A model generated the notes under the pieces. It worked only from the letters and a program-made list of their open reading frames with translations. It was not told where the DNA came from and did not search any database. From assembly GCA_964016885.1 (NCBI GenBank), contig OZ024741.1:391654001-391718000 (forward strand): DNA of 64,000 nt. Direction: 5' to 3'. Positions 15,001 to 30,000 of the stretch are shown piece by piece. The DNA is from Eledone cirrhosa (lineage: Eukaryota). The stretch's first letter is position 1. The number at the start of each line of letters is the position of its first letter. A program made the translations under genes and the position numbers.

Positions 15001-18000
15001 ACTGATCAACCCCAACTATTCAATGACCTAGTTACTAACAGTTAACTGGTCAAACCCGACTATGCAATGACCTAGTTACTAACAGTTAACTGGTCAAACC
15101 CAACTATTCAATGACCTAGTTACTAACAGTTAACTGGTCAAACCCAACTATTCAATGTTCTAGTTACTAACAGTTAACTGGTCAAACCAAACTATTCAAT
15201 GACCTAGTTACTAACAGTTAACTGGTCAAACCCAACTATTCAATGACCTAGTTACTAACAGTTAACTGGTCAAACCCAACTATTCAATGTCCTAGTTACT
15301 AACAGTTAACTCGTCAAACCAAACTATTCAATGACCTAGTTACTAACAGTTAACTGGTCAAACCAAACTATTCAATGACCTAGTTACTAACAGTTAACTG
15401 GTCAAACCCAACTATTCAATGATCTAGTTACTAAAAGCTAACTGGTCAAACCCAACTATTCAATGACCTAGTTACTAACAGTTAACTGGTCAAACCCAAC
15501 TATTCAATGATCTAGTTACTAACAGTTAACTGGTCAAACCCAACTATTCAATGACCTAGTTACTGACAGTTAACTGGTCAAACCCAACTATTCAATGACC
15601 TAGTTACTAACAGTTAACTGGTCAAACCAAACCATTCAATGACCTAGTTACTAACAGTTAACTGGTCAAACCAAACTATTCAATGACCTAGTTAATAACA
15701 GTTAACTGGTAAAACCCAACTCTTCAATGATCTAGTTACTAACAGCTAACTGGTCAAACCCAACTATTCAATGACCTAGTTACTAACAGTTAACTGGTCA
15801 AACCCAACTATTCAATGACCTAGTTACTAACAGTTAACTGGTCAAACCCAACTATTCAATGACCTAGTTACTAACAGTTACCTGGTCAAACCCAACTATT
15901 CGATGATCTACTTACTAACAGCTAACTGGTCAAACCAAACTATTCAATGACCTAGTTACTAACAGTTAACTGGTCAAACCCAACTATTCAATGACCTAGT
16001 TACTAACAGCTAACTGGTCAAACCCAACTATTCAATGACGTAGTTACTAACAGTTAACTGGTCAAACCCAACTATTCAATGATCTAGTTACTAAGAGTTA
16101 ACTGGTCAAACCCAACTATTCAACGACCTAGTTACTAACAGTTAACTGGTCAAACCCAACTATTCAATGACCTAGTTACTAACAGTTAACTGGTCAAACC
16201 AAACCATTCAATGACCTAGTTACTAACAGTTAACTGGTCAAACCCAACTATTCAATGACCTAGTTACTAACAGTTAACTGGTCAAACCCAACTCTTCAAT
16301 GAACTAGTTACTAACAGCTAACTGGTCAAACCCAACTATTCAATCACCTAGTTACTAACAGTTAACTTGTCAAGCCCAACTATTCAATGACCTAGTTACT
16401 AACAGTTAACTGGTCAAACCCAACTATTCAATGACCTAGTTACTAACAGTTAACTGGTCAAACCGAACTATTCAATGATCTACTTACTAACAGCTAACTG
16501 GTCAAACCAAACTATTCAATGACCTAGTTACTAACAGCTAACTGGTCAAACTCAACTATTCAATGACCTAGTTACTAACAGTTAACTGGTCAAACCCAAC
16601 TATTCAATGACCTAGTTACTAACAGTTAACTGGTCAAACCCAACTATTCAATGACATAGTTACTAACAGCTAACTGGTCAAACTCAACTATTCAATGACC
16701 TAGTTACTAACAGTTAACTGGTCAAACCCAACTATTCAATGACCTAGTTACTAACAGTTAACTGGTCAAAACCAACTATTCAATGACCTAGTTACTGACA
16801 GTTAACTGGTCAAACCCAACTATTCAATGATCTAGTTACTAACAGCTAACTGGTCAAACCAAACTATTCAATGATCTAGTTACTAACAGCTAACTGGTCA
16901 AACCAAACTATTCAATGTCCTAGCTACTAATAGTTAACTGGTCAAACCCAACTATTCAATGATCTAGTTAGTAACAGTTCACTGGTCAAACACAACTATT
17001 CAATGACCTAGTTACTAACAGTTAACTGGTCAAACCCAACTATTCAATGATCTAGTTACTAACAGCTAACTGGTCAAACCAAACTATTCAATGACCAAGT
17101 TACTAACAGCTAACTGGTCAAACTCAACTATTCAATGACCTAGTTACTAACAGTTAACTGGTCAAACCCAACTATTCAATGACCTAGTTACTAACAGTTA
17201 ACTGGTCAAACCCAACTATTCAATGACCTAGTTACTAACAGTTAACTGGTCAAACCCAACTATTCAATGATCTAGTTACTAACAGCTAACTGGTCAAACC
17301 AAACTATTCAATGATCTAGTTACTAACAGCTAACTGGTCAAACCAACCTATTCAATGTCCTAGCTACTAACAGTTAACTGGTCAAACCCAACTATTCAAT
17401 GATCTAGTTAGTAACAGTTCACTGGTCAAACCCAACTATTCAATGACCTAGTTACTAACAGTTAACTGGTCAAACCCAACTATTCAATGATCTAGTTACT
17501 AACAGCTAACTGGTCAAACCAAACTATTCAATGACCTAGTTACTAACAGCTAACTGGTCAAACTCAACTATTCAATGACCTAGTTACTAACAGTTAACTG
17601 GTCAAACCCAACTATTTAATGACCTAGTTACTAACAGTTAACTGGTCAAACCCAACTATTCAATGACCTGGTTACTAACAGTTAACTAGTCAAACCCAAC
17701 TATTCAATGACCTAGTTACTAACAGTTAACTGGTCAAACCCTACTATTCAATGACCTAGTTACTAACAGTTAACTGGTCAAACCAAACTATTCAATGACC
17801 TAGTTACTAACAGTTAACTGGTCAAAACCGACTATTCAATGATCTAGTTACTAACAGTTAACTGGTCAAACCCAACTATTCAATGACCTGGTTACTAACA
17901 GTTAACTGGTCAAAACCAACTATTCAATGACCTAGTTACTAACAGTTAACTGGTCAAACCCAACTATTCAATGTTCTAGTTACTAACAGTTAACTGGTCA

Positions 18001-21000
18001 AACCCAACTATTCAATGACCTAGTTACTGACAGTTAACTGGTCAAACCCAACTATTCAATGACCTAGTTACTAACAGTTAACTGGTCAAACCCAACTATT
18101 CGATGATCTACTTACTAACAGGTAACTGGTCAAACCAAACTATTCAATGACCTAGTTACTAACAGTTAACTGGTCAAACCCAACTATTCAATGATCTAGT
18201 TACTAACAGCTAACTGGTCAAACCCAACTATTCAATGATCTAGTTACTAACAGTTAACTGGTCAAACTCAACTATTCAATGATCTAGTTACTAACAGTTA
18301 ACTGGTCAAACCCAACTATTCAACGACCTAGTTACTAACAGTTAACTGGTCAAACCCAACTATTCAATGACCTAGTTACTAACAGTTAACTGGTCAAACC
18401 AAACCATTCAATGACCTAGTTACTAACAGTTAACTGGTCAAACCCAACTATTCAATGACCTAGTTACTAACAGTTAACTGGTCAAACCCAACTCTTCAAT
18501 GAACTAGTTACTAACAGCTAACTGGTCAAACCCAACTATTCAATCACCTAGTTACTAACAGTTAACTTGTCAAGCCCAACTATTCAATGACCTAGTTACT
18601 AACAGTTAACTGGTCAAACCCAACTATTCAATGACCTAGTTACTAACAGTTAACTGGTCAAACCGAACTATTCAATGATCTACTTACTAACAGCTAACTG
18701 GTCAAACCAAACTATTCAATGACCTAGTTACTAACAGCTAACTGGTCAAACTCAACTATTCAATGACCTAGTTACTAACAGTTAACTGGTCAAACCCAAC
18801 TATTCAATGACCTAGTTACTAACAGTTAACTGGTCAAACCCAACTATTCAATGACATAGTTACTAACAGCTAACTGGTCAAACTCAACTATTCAATGACC
18901 TAGTTACTAACAGTTAACTGGTCAAACCCAACTATTCAATGACCTAGTTACTAACAGTTAACTGGTCAAAACCAACTATTCAATGACCTAGTTACTGACA
19001 GTTAACTGGTCAAACCCAACTATTCAATGATCTAGTTACTAACAGCTAACTGGTCAAACCAAACTATTCAATGATCTAGTTACTAACAGCTAACTGGTCA
19101 AACCAAACTATTCAATGTCCTAGCTACTAATAGTTAACTGGTCAAACCCAACTATTCAATGATCTAGTTAGTAACAGTTCACTGGTCAAACACAACTATT
19201 CAATGACCTAGTTACTAACAGTTAACTGGTCAAACCCAACTATTCAATGATCTAGTTACTAACAGCTAACTGGTCAAACCAAACTATTCAATGACCAAGT
19301 TACTAACAGCTAACTGGTCAAACTCAACTATTCAATGACCTAGTTACTAACAGTTAACTGGTCAAACCCAACTATTCAATGACCTAGTTACTAACAGTTA
19401 ACTGGTCAAACCCAACTATTCAATGACCTAGTTACTAACAGTTAACTGGTCAAACCCAACTATTCAATGATCTAGTTACTAACAGCTAACTGGTCAAACC
19501 AAACTATTCAATGATCTAGTTACTAACAGCTAACTGGTCAAACCAACCTATTCAATGTCCTAGCTACTAACAGTTAACTGGTCAAACCCAACTATTCAAT
19601 GATCTAGTTAGTAACAGTTCACTGGTCAAACCCAACTATTCAATGACCTAGTTACTAACAGTTAACTGGTCAAACCCAACTATTCAATGATCTAGTTACT
19701 AACAGCTAACTGGTCAAACCAAACTATTCAATGACCTAGTTACTAACAGCTAACTGGTCAAACTCAACTATTCAATGACCTAGTTACTAACAGTTAACTG
19801 GTCAAACCCAACTATTTAATGACCTAGTTACTAACAGTTAACTGGTCAAACCCAACTATTCAATGACCTGGTTACTAACAGTTAACTAGTCAAACCCAAC
19901 TATTCAATGACCTAGTTACTAACAGTTAACTGGTCAAACCCTACTATTCAATGACCTAGTTACTAACAGTTAACTGGTCAAACCAAACTATTCAATGACC
20001 TAGTTACTAACAGTTAACTGGTCAAAACCGACTATTCAATGATCTAGTTACTAACAGTTAACTGGTCAAACCCAACTATTCAATGACCTGGTTACTAACA
20101 GTTAACTGGTCAAAACCAACTATTCAATGACCTAGTTACTAACAGTTAACTGGTCAAACCCAACTATTCAATGTTCTAGTTACTAACAGTTAACTGGTCA
20201 AACCCAACTATTCAATGACCTAGTTACTGACAGTTAACTGGTCAAACCCAACTATTCAATGACCTAGTTACTAACAGTTAACTGGTCAAACCCAACTATT
20301 CGATGATCTACTTACTAACAGGTAACTGGTCAAACCAAACTATTCAATGACCTAGTTACTAACAGTTAACTGGTCAAACCCAACTATTCAATGATCTAGT
20401 TACTAACAGCTAACTGGTCAAACCCAACTATTCAATGATCTAGTTACTAACAGTTAACTGGTCAAACCCAACTATTCAATGATCTAGTTACTAACAGTTA
20501 ACTGGTCAAACCCAACTATTCAATGACCTAGTTACTAACAGTTAACTGGTCAAACCCAACTATTCAATGACCTAGTTACTAACAGTTAACTGGTCAAACC
20601 AAACCATTCAATGACCTAGTTACTAACAGTTAACTGGTCAAACCCAACTATTCAATGACCTAGTTACTAACAGTTAACTGGTCAAACCCAACTCTTCAAT
20701 GATCTAGTTACTAACAGCTAACTGGTCAAACCCAACTATTCAATGACCTAGTTACTAACAGTTAACTGGTCAAGCCCAACTATTCAATGACCTAGTTACT
20801 AACAGCTAACTGGTCAATCCCAACTATTCAATGACCTAGTTACTAACAGTTAACTGGTCAAACCGAACTATTCAATGATCTACTTACTAACAGCTAACTG
20901 GTCAAACCAAACTATTCAATGACCTAGTTACTAACAGCTAACTGGTCAAACTCAACTATTCAATGACCTAGTTACTAGCAGTTAACTGGTCAAACCCAAC

Positions 21001-24000
21001 TATTCAATGACCTAGTTACTAACAGTTAACTGGTCAAACCCAACTATTCAATGACCTAGTTACTAACAGTTAACTGGTCAAACCAAACCATTCAATGACC
21101 TAGTTACTAACAGTTAACTGGTCAAACCAAACTATTCAATGACCTAGTTAATAACAGTTAACTGGTAAAACCCAACTCTTCAATGATCTAGTTACTAACA
21201 GCTAACTGGTCAAACCCAACTATTCAATGACCTAGTTACTAACAGTTAACTGGTCAAACCCAACTATTCAATGACCTAGTTACTAACAGTTAACTGGTCA
21301 AACCCAACTATTCAATGACCTAGTTACTAACAGTTAACTGGTCAAACCCAACTATTCGATGATCTACTTACTAACAGCTAACTGGTCAAACCAAACTATT
21401 CAATGACCTAGTTACTAACAGTTAACTGGTCAAACCCAACTATTCAATGACCTAGTTACTAACAGCTAACTGGTCAAACCCAACTATTCAATGACGTAGT
21501 TACTAACAGTTAACTGGTCAAACCCAACTATTCAATGATCTAGTTACTAACAGTTAACTGGTCAAACCCAACTATTCAACGACCTAGTTACTAACAGTTA
21601 ACTGGTCAAACCCAACTATTCAATGACCTAGTTACTAACAGTTAACTGGTCAAACCAAACCATTCAATGACCTAGTTACTAACAGTTAACTGGTCAAACC
21701 CAACTATTCAATGACCTAGTTACTAACAGTTAACTGGTCAAACCCAACTCTTCAATGAACTAGTTACTAACAGCTAACTGGTCAAACCCAACTATTCAAT
21801 CACCTAGTTACTAACAGTTAACTTGTCAAGCCCAACTATTCAATGACCTAGTTACTAACAGTTAACTGGTCAAACCCAACTATTCAATGACCTAGTTACT
21901 AACAGTTAACTGGTCAAACCGAACTATTCAATGATCTACTTACTAACAGCTAACTGGTCAAACCAAACTATTCAATGACCTAGTTACTAACAGCTAACTG
22001 GTCAAACTCAACTATTCAATGACCTAGTTACTAACAGTTAACTGGTCAAACCCAACTATTCAATGACCTAGTTACTAACAGTTAACTGGTCAAACCCAAC
22101 TATTCAATGACATAGTTACTAACAGCTAACTGGTCAAACTCAACTATTCAATGACCTAGTTACTAACAGTTAACTGGTCAAACCCAACTATTCAATGACC
22201 TAGTTACTAACAGTTAACTGGTCAAAACCAACTATTCAATGACCTAGTTACTGACAGTTAACTGGTCAAACCCAACTATTCAATGATCTAGTTACTAACA
22301 GCTAACTGGTCAAACCAAACTATTCAATGATCTAGTTACTAACAGCTAACTGGTCAAACCAAACTATTCAATGTCCTAGCTACTAATAGTTAACTGGTCA
22401 AACCCAACTATTCAATGATCTAGTTAGTAACAGTTCACTGGTCAAACACAACTATTCAATGACCTAGTTACTAACAGTTAACTGGTCAAACCCAACTATT
22501 CAATGATCTAGTTACTAACAGCTAACTGGTCAAACCAAACTATTCAATGACCTAGTTACTAACAGCTAACTGGTCAAACTCAACTATTCAATGACCTAGT
22601 TACTAACAGTTAACTGGTCAAACCCAACTATTCAATGACCTAGTTACTAACAGTTAACTGGTCAAACCCAACTATTCAATGACCTAGTTACTAACAGTTA
22701 ACTGGTCAAACCCAACTATTCAATGATCTAGTTACTAACAGCTAACTGGTCAAACCAAACTATTCAATGATCTAGTTACTAACAGCTAACTGGTCAAACC
22801 AACCTATTCAATGTCCTAGCTACTAACAGTTAACTGGTCAAACCCAACTATTCAATGATCTAGTTAGTAACAGTTCACTGGTCAAACCCAACTATTCAAT
22901 GACCTAGTTACTAACAGTTAACTGGTCAAACCCAACTATTCAATGATCTAGTTACTAACAGCTAACTGGTCAAACCAAACTATTCAATGACCTAGTTACT
23001 AACAGCTAACTGGTCAAACTCAACTATTCAATGACCTAGTTACTAACAGTTAACTGGTCAAACCCAACTATTCAATGACCTAGTTACTAACAGTTAACTG
23101 GTCAAACCCAACTATTCAATGACCTGGTTACTAACAGTTAACTAGTCAAACCCAACTATTCAATGACCTAGTTACTAACAGTTAACTGGTCAAACCCTAC
23201 TATTCAATGACCTAGTTACTAACAGTTAACTGGTCAAACCAAACTATTCAATGACCTAGTTACTAACAGTTAACTGGTCAAAACCAACTATTCAATGATC
23301 TAGTTACTAACAGTTAACTGGTCAAACCCAACTATTCAATGACCTGGTTACTAACAGTTAACTGGTCAAAACCAACTATTCAATGACCTAGTTACTAACA
23401 GTTAACTGGTCAAACCCACCTATTCAATGTTCTAGTTACTAACAGTTAACTGGTCAAACCCAACTATTCAATGACCTAGTTACTGACAGTTAACTGGTCA
23501 AACCCAACTATTCAATGACCTAGTTACTAACAGTTAACTGGTCAAACCCAACTATTCGATGATCTACTTACTAACAGGTAACTGGTCAAACCAAACTATT
23601 CAATGACCTAGTTACTAACAGTTAACTGGTCAAACCCAACTATTCAATGATCTAGTTACTAACAGCTAACTGGTCAAACCCAACTATTCAATGATCTAGT
23701 TACTAACAGTTAACTGGTCAAACCCAACTATTCAATGATCTAGTTACTAACAGTTAACTGGTCAAACCCAACTATTCAATGACCTAGTTACTAACAGTTA
23801 ACTGGTCAAACCCAACTATTCAATGACCTAGTTACTAACAGTTAACTGGTCAAACCAAACCATTCAATGACCTAGTTACTAACAGTTAACTGGTCAAACC
23901 CAACTATTCAATGACCTAGTTACTAACAGTTAACTGGTCAAACCCAACTCTTCAATGATCTAGTTACTAACAGCTAACTGGTCAAACCCAACTATTCAAT

Positions 24001-27000
24001 GACCTAGTTACTAACAGTTAACTGGTCAAGCCCAACTATTCAATGACCTAGTTACTAACAGCTAACTGGTCAATCCCAACTATTCAATGACCTAGTTACT
24101 AACAGTTAACTGGTCAAACCGAACTATTCAATGATCTACTTACTAACAGCTAACTGGTCAAACCAAACTATTCAATGACCTAGTTACTAACAGCTAACTG
24201 GTCAAACTCAACTATTCAATGACCTAGTTACTAGCAGTTAACTGGTCAAACCCAACTATTCAATGACCTAGTTACTAACAGTTAACTGGTCAAACCCAAC
24301 TATTCAATGACCTAGTTACTAACAGCTAACTGGTCAAACTCAACTATTCAATGACCTAGTTACTAACAGTTAACTGGTCAAACCCAACTATTCAATGACC
24401 TAGTTACTAACAGTTAACTAGTCAAACCGAACTATTCAATGATCTACTTACTAACAGCTAACTGGTCAAACCAAACTATTCAATGACCTAGTTACTAACA
24501 GCTAACTGGTCAAACTCAACTATTCAATGACCTAGTTACTAACAGTTAACTGGTCAAACCCAACTATTCAATGACCTAGTTACTAACAGTTAACTGGTCA
24601 AACCCAACTATTCAATGACATAGTTACTAACAGCTAACTGGTCAAACTCAACTATTCAATGACCTAGTTACTAACAGTTAACTGGTCAAACCCAACTATT
24701 CAATGACCTAGTTACTAACAGTTAACTGGTCAAAACCAACTATTCAATGACCTAGTTACTGACAGTTAACTGGTCAAACCCAACTATTCAATGATCTAGT
24801 TACTAACAGCTAACTGGTCAAACCAAACTATTCAATGATCTAGTTACTAACAGCTAACTGGTCAAACCAAACTATTCAATGTCCTAGCTACTAATAGTTA
24901 ACTGGTCAAACCCAACTATTCAATGATCTAGTTAGTAACAGTTCACTGGTCAAACACAACTATTCAATGACCTAGTTACTAACAGTTAACTGGTCAAACC
25001 CAACTATTCAATGATCTAGTTACTAACAGCTAACTGGTCAAACCAAACTATTCAATGACCTAGTTACTAACAGCTAACTGGTCAAACTCAACTATTCAAT
25101 GACCTAGTTACTAACAGTTAACTGGTCAAACCCAACTATTCAATGACCTAGTTACTAACAGTTAACTGGTCAAACCCAACTATTCAATGACCTAGTTACT
25201 AACAGTTAACTGGTCAAACCCAACTATTCAATGATCTAGTTACTAACAGCTAACTGGTCAAACCAAACTATTCAATGATCTAGTTACTAACAGCTAACTG
25301 GTCAAACCAACCTATTCAATGTCCTAGCTACTAACAGTTAACTGGTCAAACCCAACTATTCAATGATCTAGTTAGTAACAGTTCACTGGTCAAACCCAAC
25401 TATTCAATGACCTAGTTACTAACAGTTAACTGGTCAAACCCAACTATTCAATGATCTAGTTACTAACAGCTAACTGGTCAAACCAAACTATTCAATGACC
25501 TAGTTACTAACAGCTAACTGGTCAAACTCAACTATTCAATGACCTAGTTACTAACAGTTAACTGGTCAAACCCAACTATTCAATGACCTAGTTACTAACA
25601 GTTAACTGGTCAAACCCAACTATTCAATGACCTGGTTACTAACAGTTAACTAGTCAAACCCAACTATTCAATGACCTAGTTACTAACAGTTAACTGGTCA
25701 AACCCTACTATTCAATGACCTAGTTACTAACAGTTAACTGGTCAAACCAAACTATTCAATGACCTAGTTACTAACAGTTAACTGGTCAAAACCAACTATT
25801 CAATGATCTAGTTACTAACAGTTAACTGGTCAAACCCAACTATTCAATGACCTGGTTACTAACAGTTAACTGGTCAAAACCAACTATTCAATGACCTAGT
25901 TACTAACAGTTAACTGGTCAAACCCAACTATTCAATGTTCTAGTTACTAACAGTTAACTGGTCAAACCCAACTATTCAATGACCTAGTTACTGACAGTTA
26001 ACTGGTCAAACCCAACTATTCAATGACCTAGTTACTAACAGTTAACTGGTCAAACCCAACTATTCGATGATCTACTTACTAACAGGTAACTGGTCAAACC
26101 AAACTATTCAATGACCTAGTTACTAACAGTTAACTGGTCAAACCCAACTATTCAATGATCTAGTTACTAACAGCTAACTGGTCAAACCCAACTATTCAAT
26201 GATCTAGTTACTAACAGTTAACTGGTCAAACCCAACTATTCAATGATCTAGTTACTAACAGTTAACTGGTCAAACCCAACTATTCAATGACCTAGTTACT
26301 AACAGTTAACTGGTCAAACCCAACTATTCAATGACCTAGTTACTAACAGTTAACTGGTCAAACCAAACTATTCAATGACCTAGTTACTAACAGCTAACTG
26401 GTCAAACTCAACTATTCAATGACCTAGTTACTAACAGTTAACTGGTCAAACCCAACTATTCAATGACCTAGTTACTAACAGTTAACTGGTCAAACCCAAC
26501 TATTCAATGACATAGTTACTAACAGCTAACTGGTCAAACTCAACTATTCAATGACCTAGTTACTAACAGTTAACTGGTCAAACCCAACTATTCAATGACC
26601 TAGTTACTAACAGTTAACTGGTCAAAACCAACTATTCAATGACCTAGTTACTGACAGTTAACTGGTCAAACCCAACTATTCAATGATCTAGTTACTAACA
26701 GCTAACTGGTCAAACCAAACTATTCAATGATCTAGTTACTAACAGCTAACTGGTCAAACCAAACTATTCAATGTCCTAGCTACTAATAGTTAACTGGTCA
26801 AACCCAACTATTCAATGATCTAGTTAGTAACAGTTCACTGGTCAAACACAACTATTCAATGACCTAGTTACTAACAGTTAACTGGTCAAACCCAACTATT
26901 CAATGATCTAGTTACTAACAGCTAACTGGTCAAACCAAACTATTCAATGACCTAGTTACTAACAGCTAACTGGTCAAACTCAACTATTCAATGACCTAGT

Positions 27001-30000
27001 TACTAACAGTTAACTGGTCAAACCCAACTATTCAATGACCTAGTTACTAACAGTTAACTGGTCAAACCCAACTATTCAATGACCTAGTTACTAACAGTTA
27101 ACTGGTCAAACCCAACTATTCAATGATCTAGTTACTAACAGCTAACTGGTCAAACCAAACTATTCAATGATCTAGTTACTAACAGCTAACTGGTCAAACC
27201 AACCTATTCAATGTCCTAGCTACTAACAGTTAACTGGTCAAACCCAACTATTCAATGATCTAGTTAGTAACAGTTCACTGGTCAAACCCAACTATTCAAT
27301 GACCTAGTTACTAACAGTTAACTGGTCAAACCCAACTATTCAATGATCTAGTTACTAACAGCTAACTGGTCAAACCAAACTATTCAATGACCTAGTTACT
27401 AACAGCTAACTGGTCAAACTCAACTATTCAATGACCTAGTTACTAACAGTTAACTGGTCAAACCCAACTATTCAATGACCTAGTTACTAACAGTTAACTG
27501 GTCAAACCCAACTATTCAATGACCTGGTTACTAACAGTTAACTAGTCAAACCCAACTATTCAATGACCTAGTTACTAACAGTTAACTGGTCAAACCCTAC
27601 TATTCAATGACCTAGTTACTAACAGTTAACTGGTCAAACCAAACTATTCAATGACCTAGTTACTAACAGTTAACTGGTCAAAACCAACTATTCAATGATC
27701 TAGTTACTAACAGTTAACTGGTCAAACCCAACTATTCAATGACCTGGTTACTAACAGTTAACTGGTCAAAACCAACTATTCAATGACCTAGTTACTAACA
27801 GTTAACTGGTCAAACCCCACTATTCAATGTTCTAGTTACTAACAGTTAACTGGTCAAACCCAACTATTCAATGACCTAGTTACTGACAGTTAACTGGTCA
27901 AACCCAACTATTCAATGACCTAGTTACTAACAGTTAACTGGTCAAACCCAACTATTCGATGATCTACTTACTAACAGGTAACTGGTCAAACCAAACTATT
28001 CAATGACCTAGTTACTAACAGTTAACTGGTCAAACCCAACTATTCAATGATCTAGTTACTAACAGCTAACTGGTCAAACCCAACTATTCAATGATCTAGT
28101 TACTAACAGTTAACTGGTCAAACCCAACTATTCAATGATCTAGTTACTAACAGTTAACTGGTCAAACCCAACTATTCAATGACCTAGTTACTAACAGTTA
28201 ACTGGTCAAACCCAACTATTCAATGACCTAGTTACTAACAGTTAACTGGTCAAACCAAACCATTCAATGACCTAGTTACTAACAGTTAACTGGTCAAACC
28301 CAACTATTCAATGACCTAGTTACTAACAGTTAACTGGTCAAACCCAACTCTTCAATGATCTAGTTACTAACAGCTAACTGGTCAAACCCAAATATTCAAT
28401 GACCTAGTTACTAACAGTTAACTGGTCAAGCCCAACTATTCAATGACCTAGTTACTAACAGCTAACTGGTCAATCCCAACTATTCAATGACCTAGTTACT
28501 AACAGTTAACTGGTCAAACCGAACTATTCAATGATCTACTTACTAACAGCTAACTGGTCAAACCAAACTATTCAATGACCTAGTTACTAACAGCTAACTG
28601 GTCAAACTCAACTATTCAATGACCTAGTTACTAGCAGTTAACTGGTCAAACCCAACTATTCAATGACCTAGTTACTAACAGTTAACTGGTCAAACCCAAC
28701 TATTCAATGACCTAGTTACTAACAGCTAACTGGTCAAACTCAACTATTCAATGACCTAGTTACTAACAGTTAACTGGTCAAACCCAACTATTGAATGACC
28801 TAGTTACTAACAGTTAACTGGTCAAACCCAACTATTCAATGACCTAGTTACTAACAGTTAACTGGTCAAACCCAACTATTCAATGATCTAGTTACTAACA
28901 GCTAACTGGTCAAACCAAACTATTCAATGTCCTAGCTACTAACAGTTAACTGGTCAAACCCAACTATTCAATGATCTAGTTAGTAACAGTTCACTGGTCA
29001 AACCCAACTATTCAATGACCTAGTTACTAACAGTTAACTGGTCAAACCCAACTATTCAATGATCTAGTTACTAACAGCTAACTGGTCAAACCAAACTATT
29101 CAATGACCTAGTTACTAACAGCTAACTGGTCAAACTCAACTATTCAATGACCTAGTTACTAACAGTTAACTGGTCAAACCCAACTATTCAATGACCTAGT
29201 TACTAACAGTTAACTGGTCAAACCCAACTATTCAATGACCTGGTTACTAACAGTTAACTAGTCAAACCCAACTATTCAATGACCTAGTTACTAACAGTTA
29301 ACTGGTCAAACCCTACTATTCAATGACCTAGTTACTAACAGTTAACTGGTCAAACCAAACTATTCAATGACCTAGTTACTAACAGTTAACTGGTCAAAAC
29401 CAACTATTCAATGATCTAGTTACTAACAGTTAACTGGTCAAACCCAACTATTCAATGACCTGGTTACTAACAGTTAACTGGACAAAACCAACTATTCAAT
29501 GACCTAGTTACTAACAGTTAACTGGTCAAACCCAACTATTCAATGTTCTAGTTACTAACAGTTAACTGGTCAAACCCAACTATTCAATGACCTAGTTACT
29601 AACAGTTAACTGGTCAAACCCAACTATTCAATGACCTAGTTACTAACAGTTAACTGGTCAAACCCAACTATTCGATGATCTACTTACTAACAGGTAACTG
29701 GTCAAACCAAACTATTCAATGACCTAGTTACTAACAGTTAACTGGTCAAACCCAACTATTCAATGATCTAGTTACTAACAGCTAACTGGTCAAACCCAAC
29801 TATTCAATGACCTAGTTACTAACAGTTAACTGGTCAAACCCAACTATTCAATGATCTAGTTACTAACAGTTAACTGGTCAAACCCAACTATTCAATGACC
29901 TAGTTACTAACAGTTAACTGGTCAAACCCAACTATTCAATGACCTAGTTACTAACAGTTAACTGGTCAAACCAAACCATTCAATGACCTAGTTACTAACA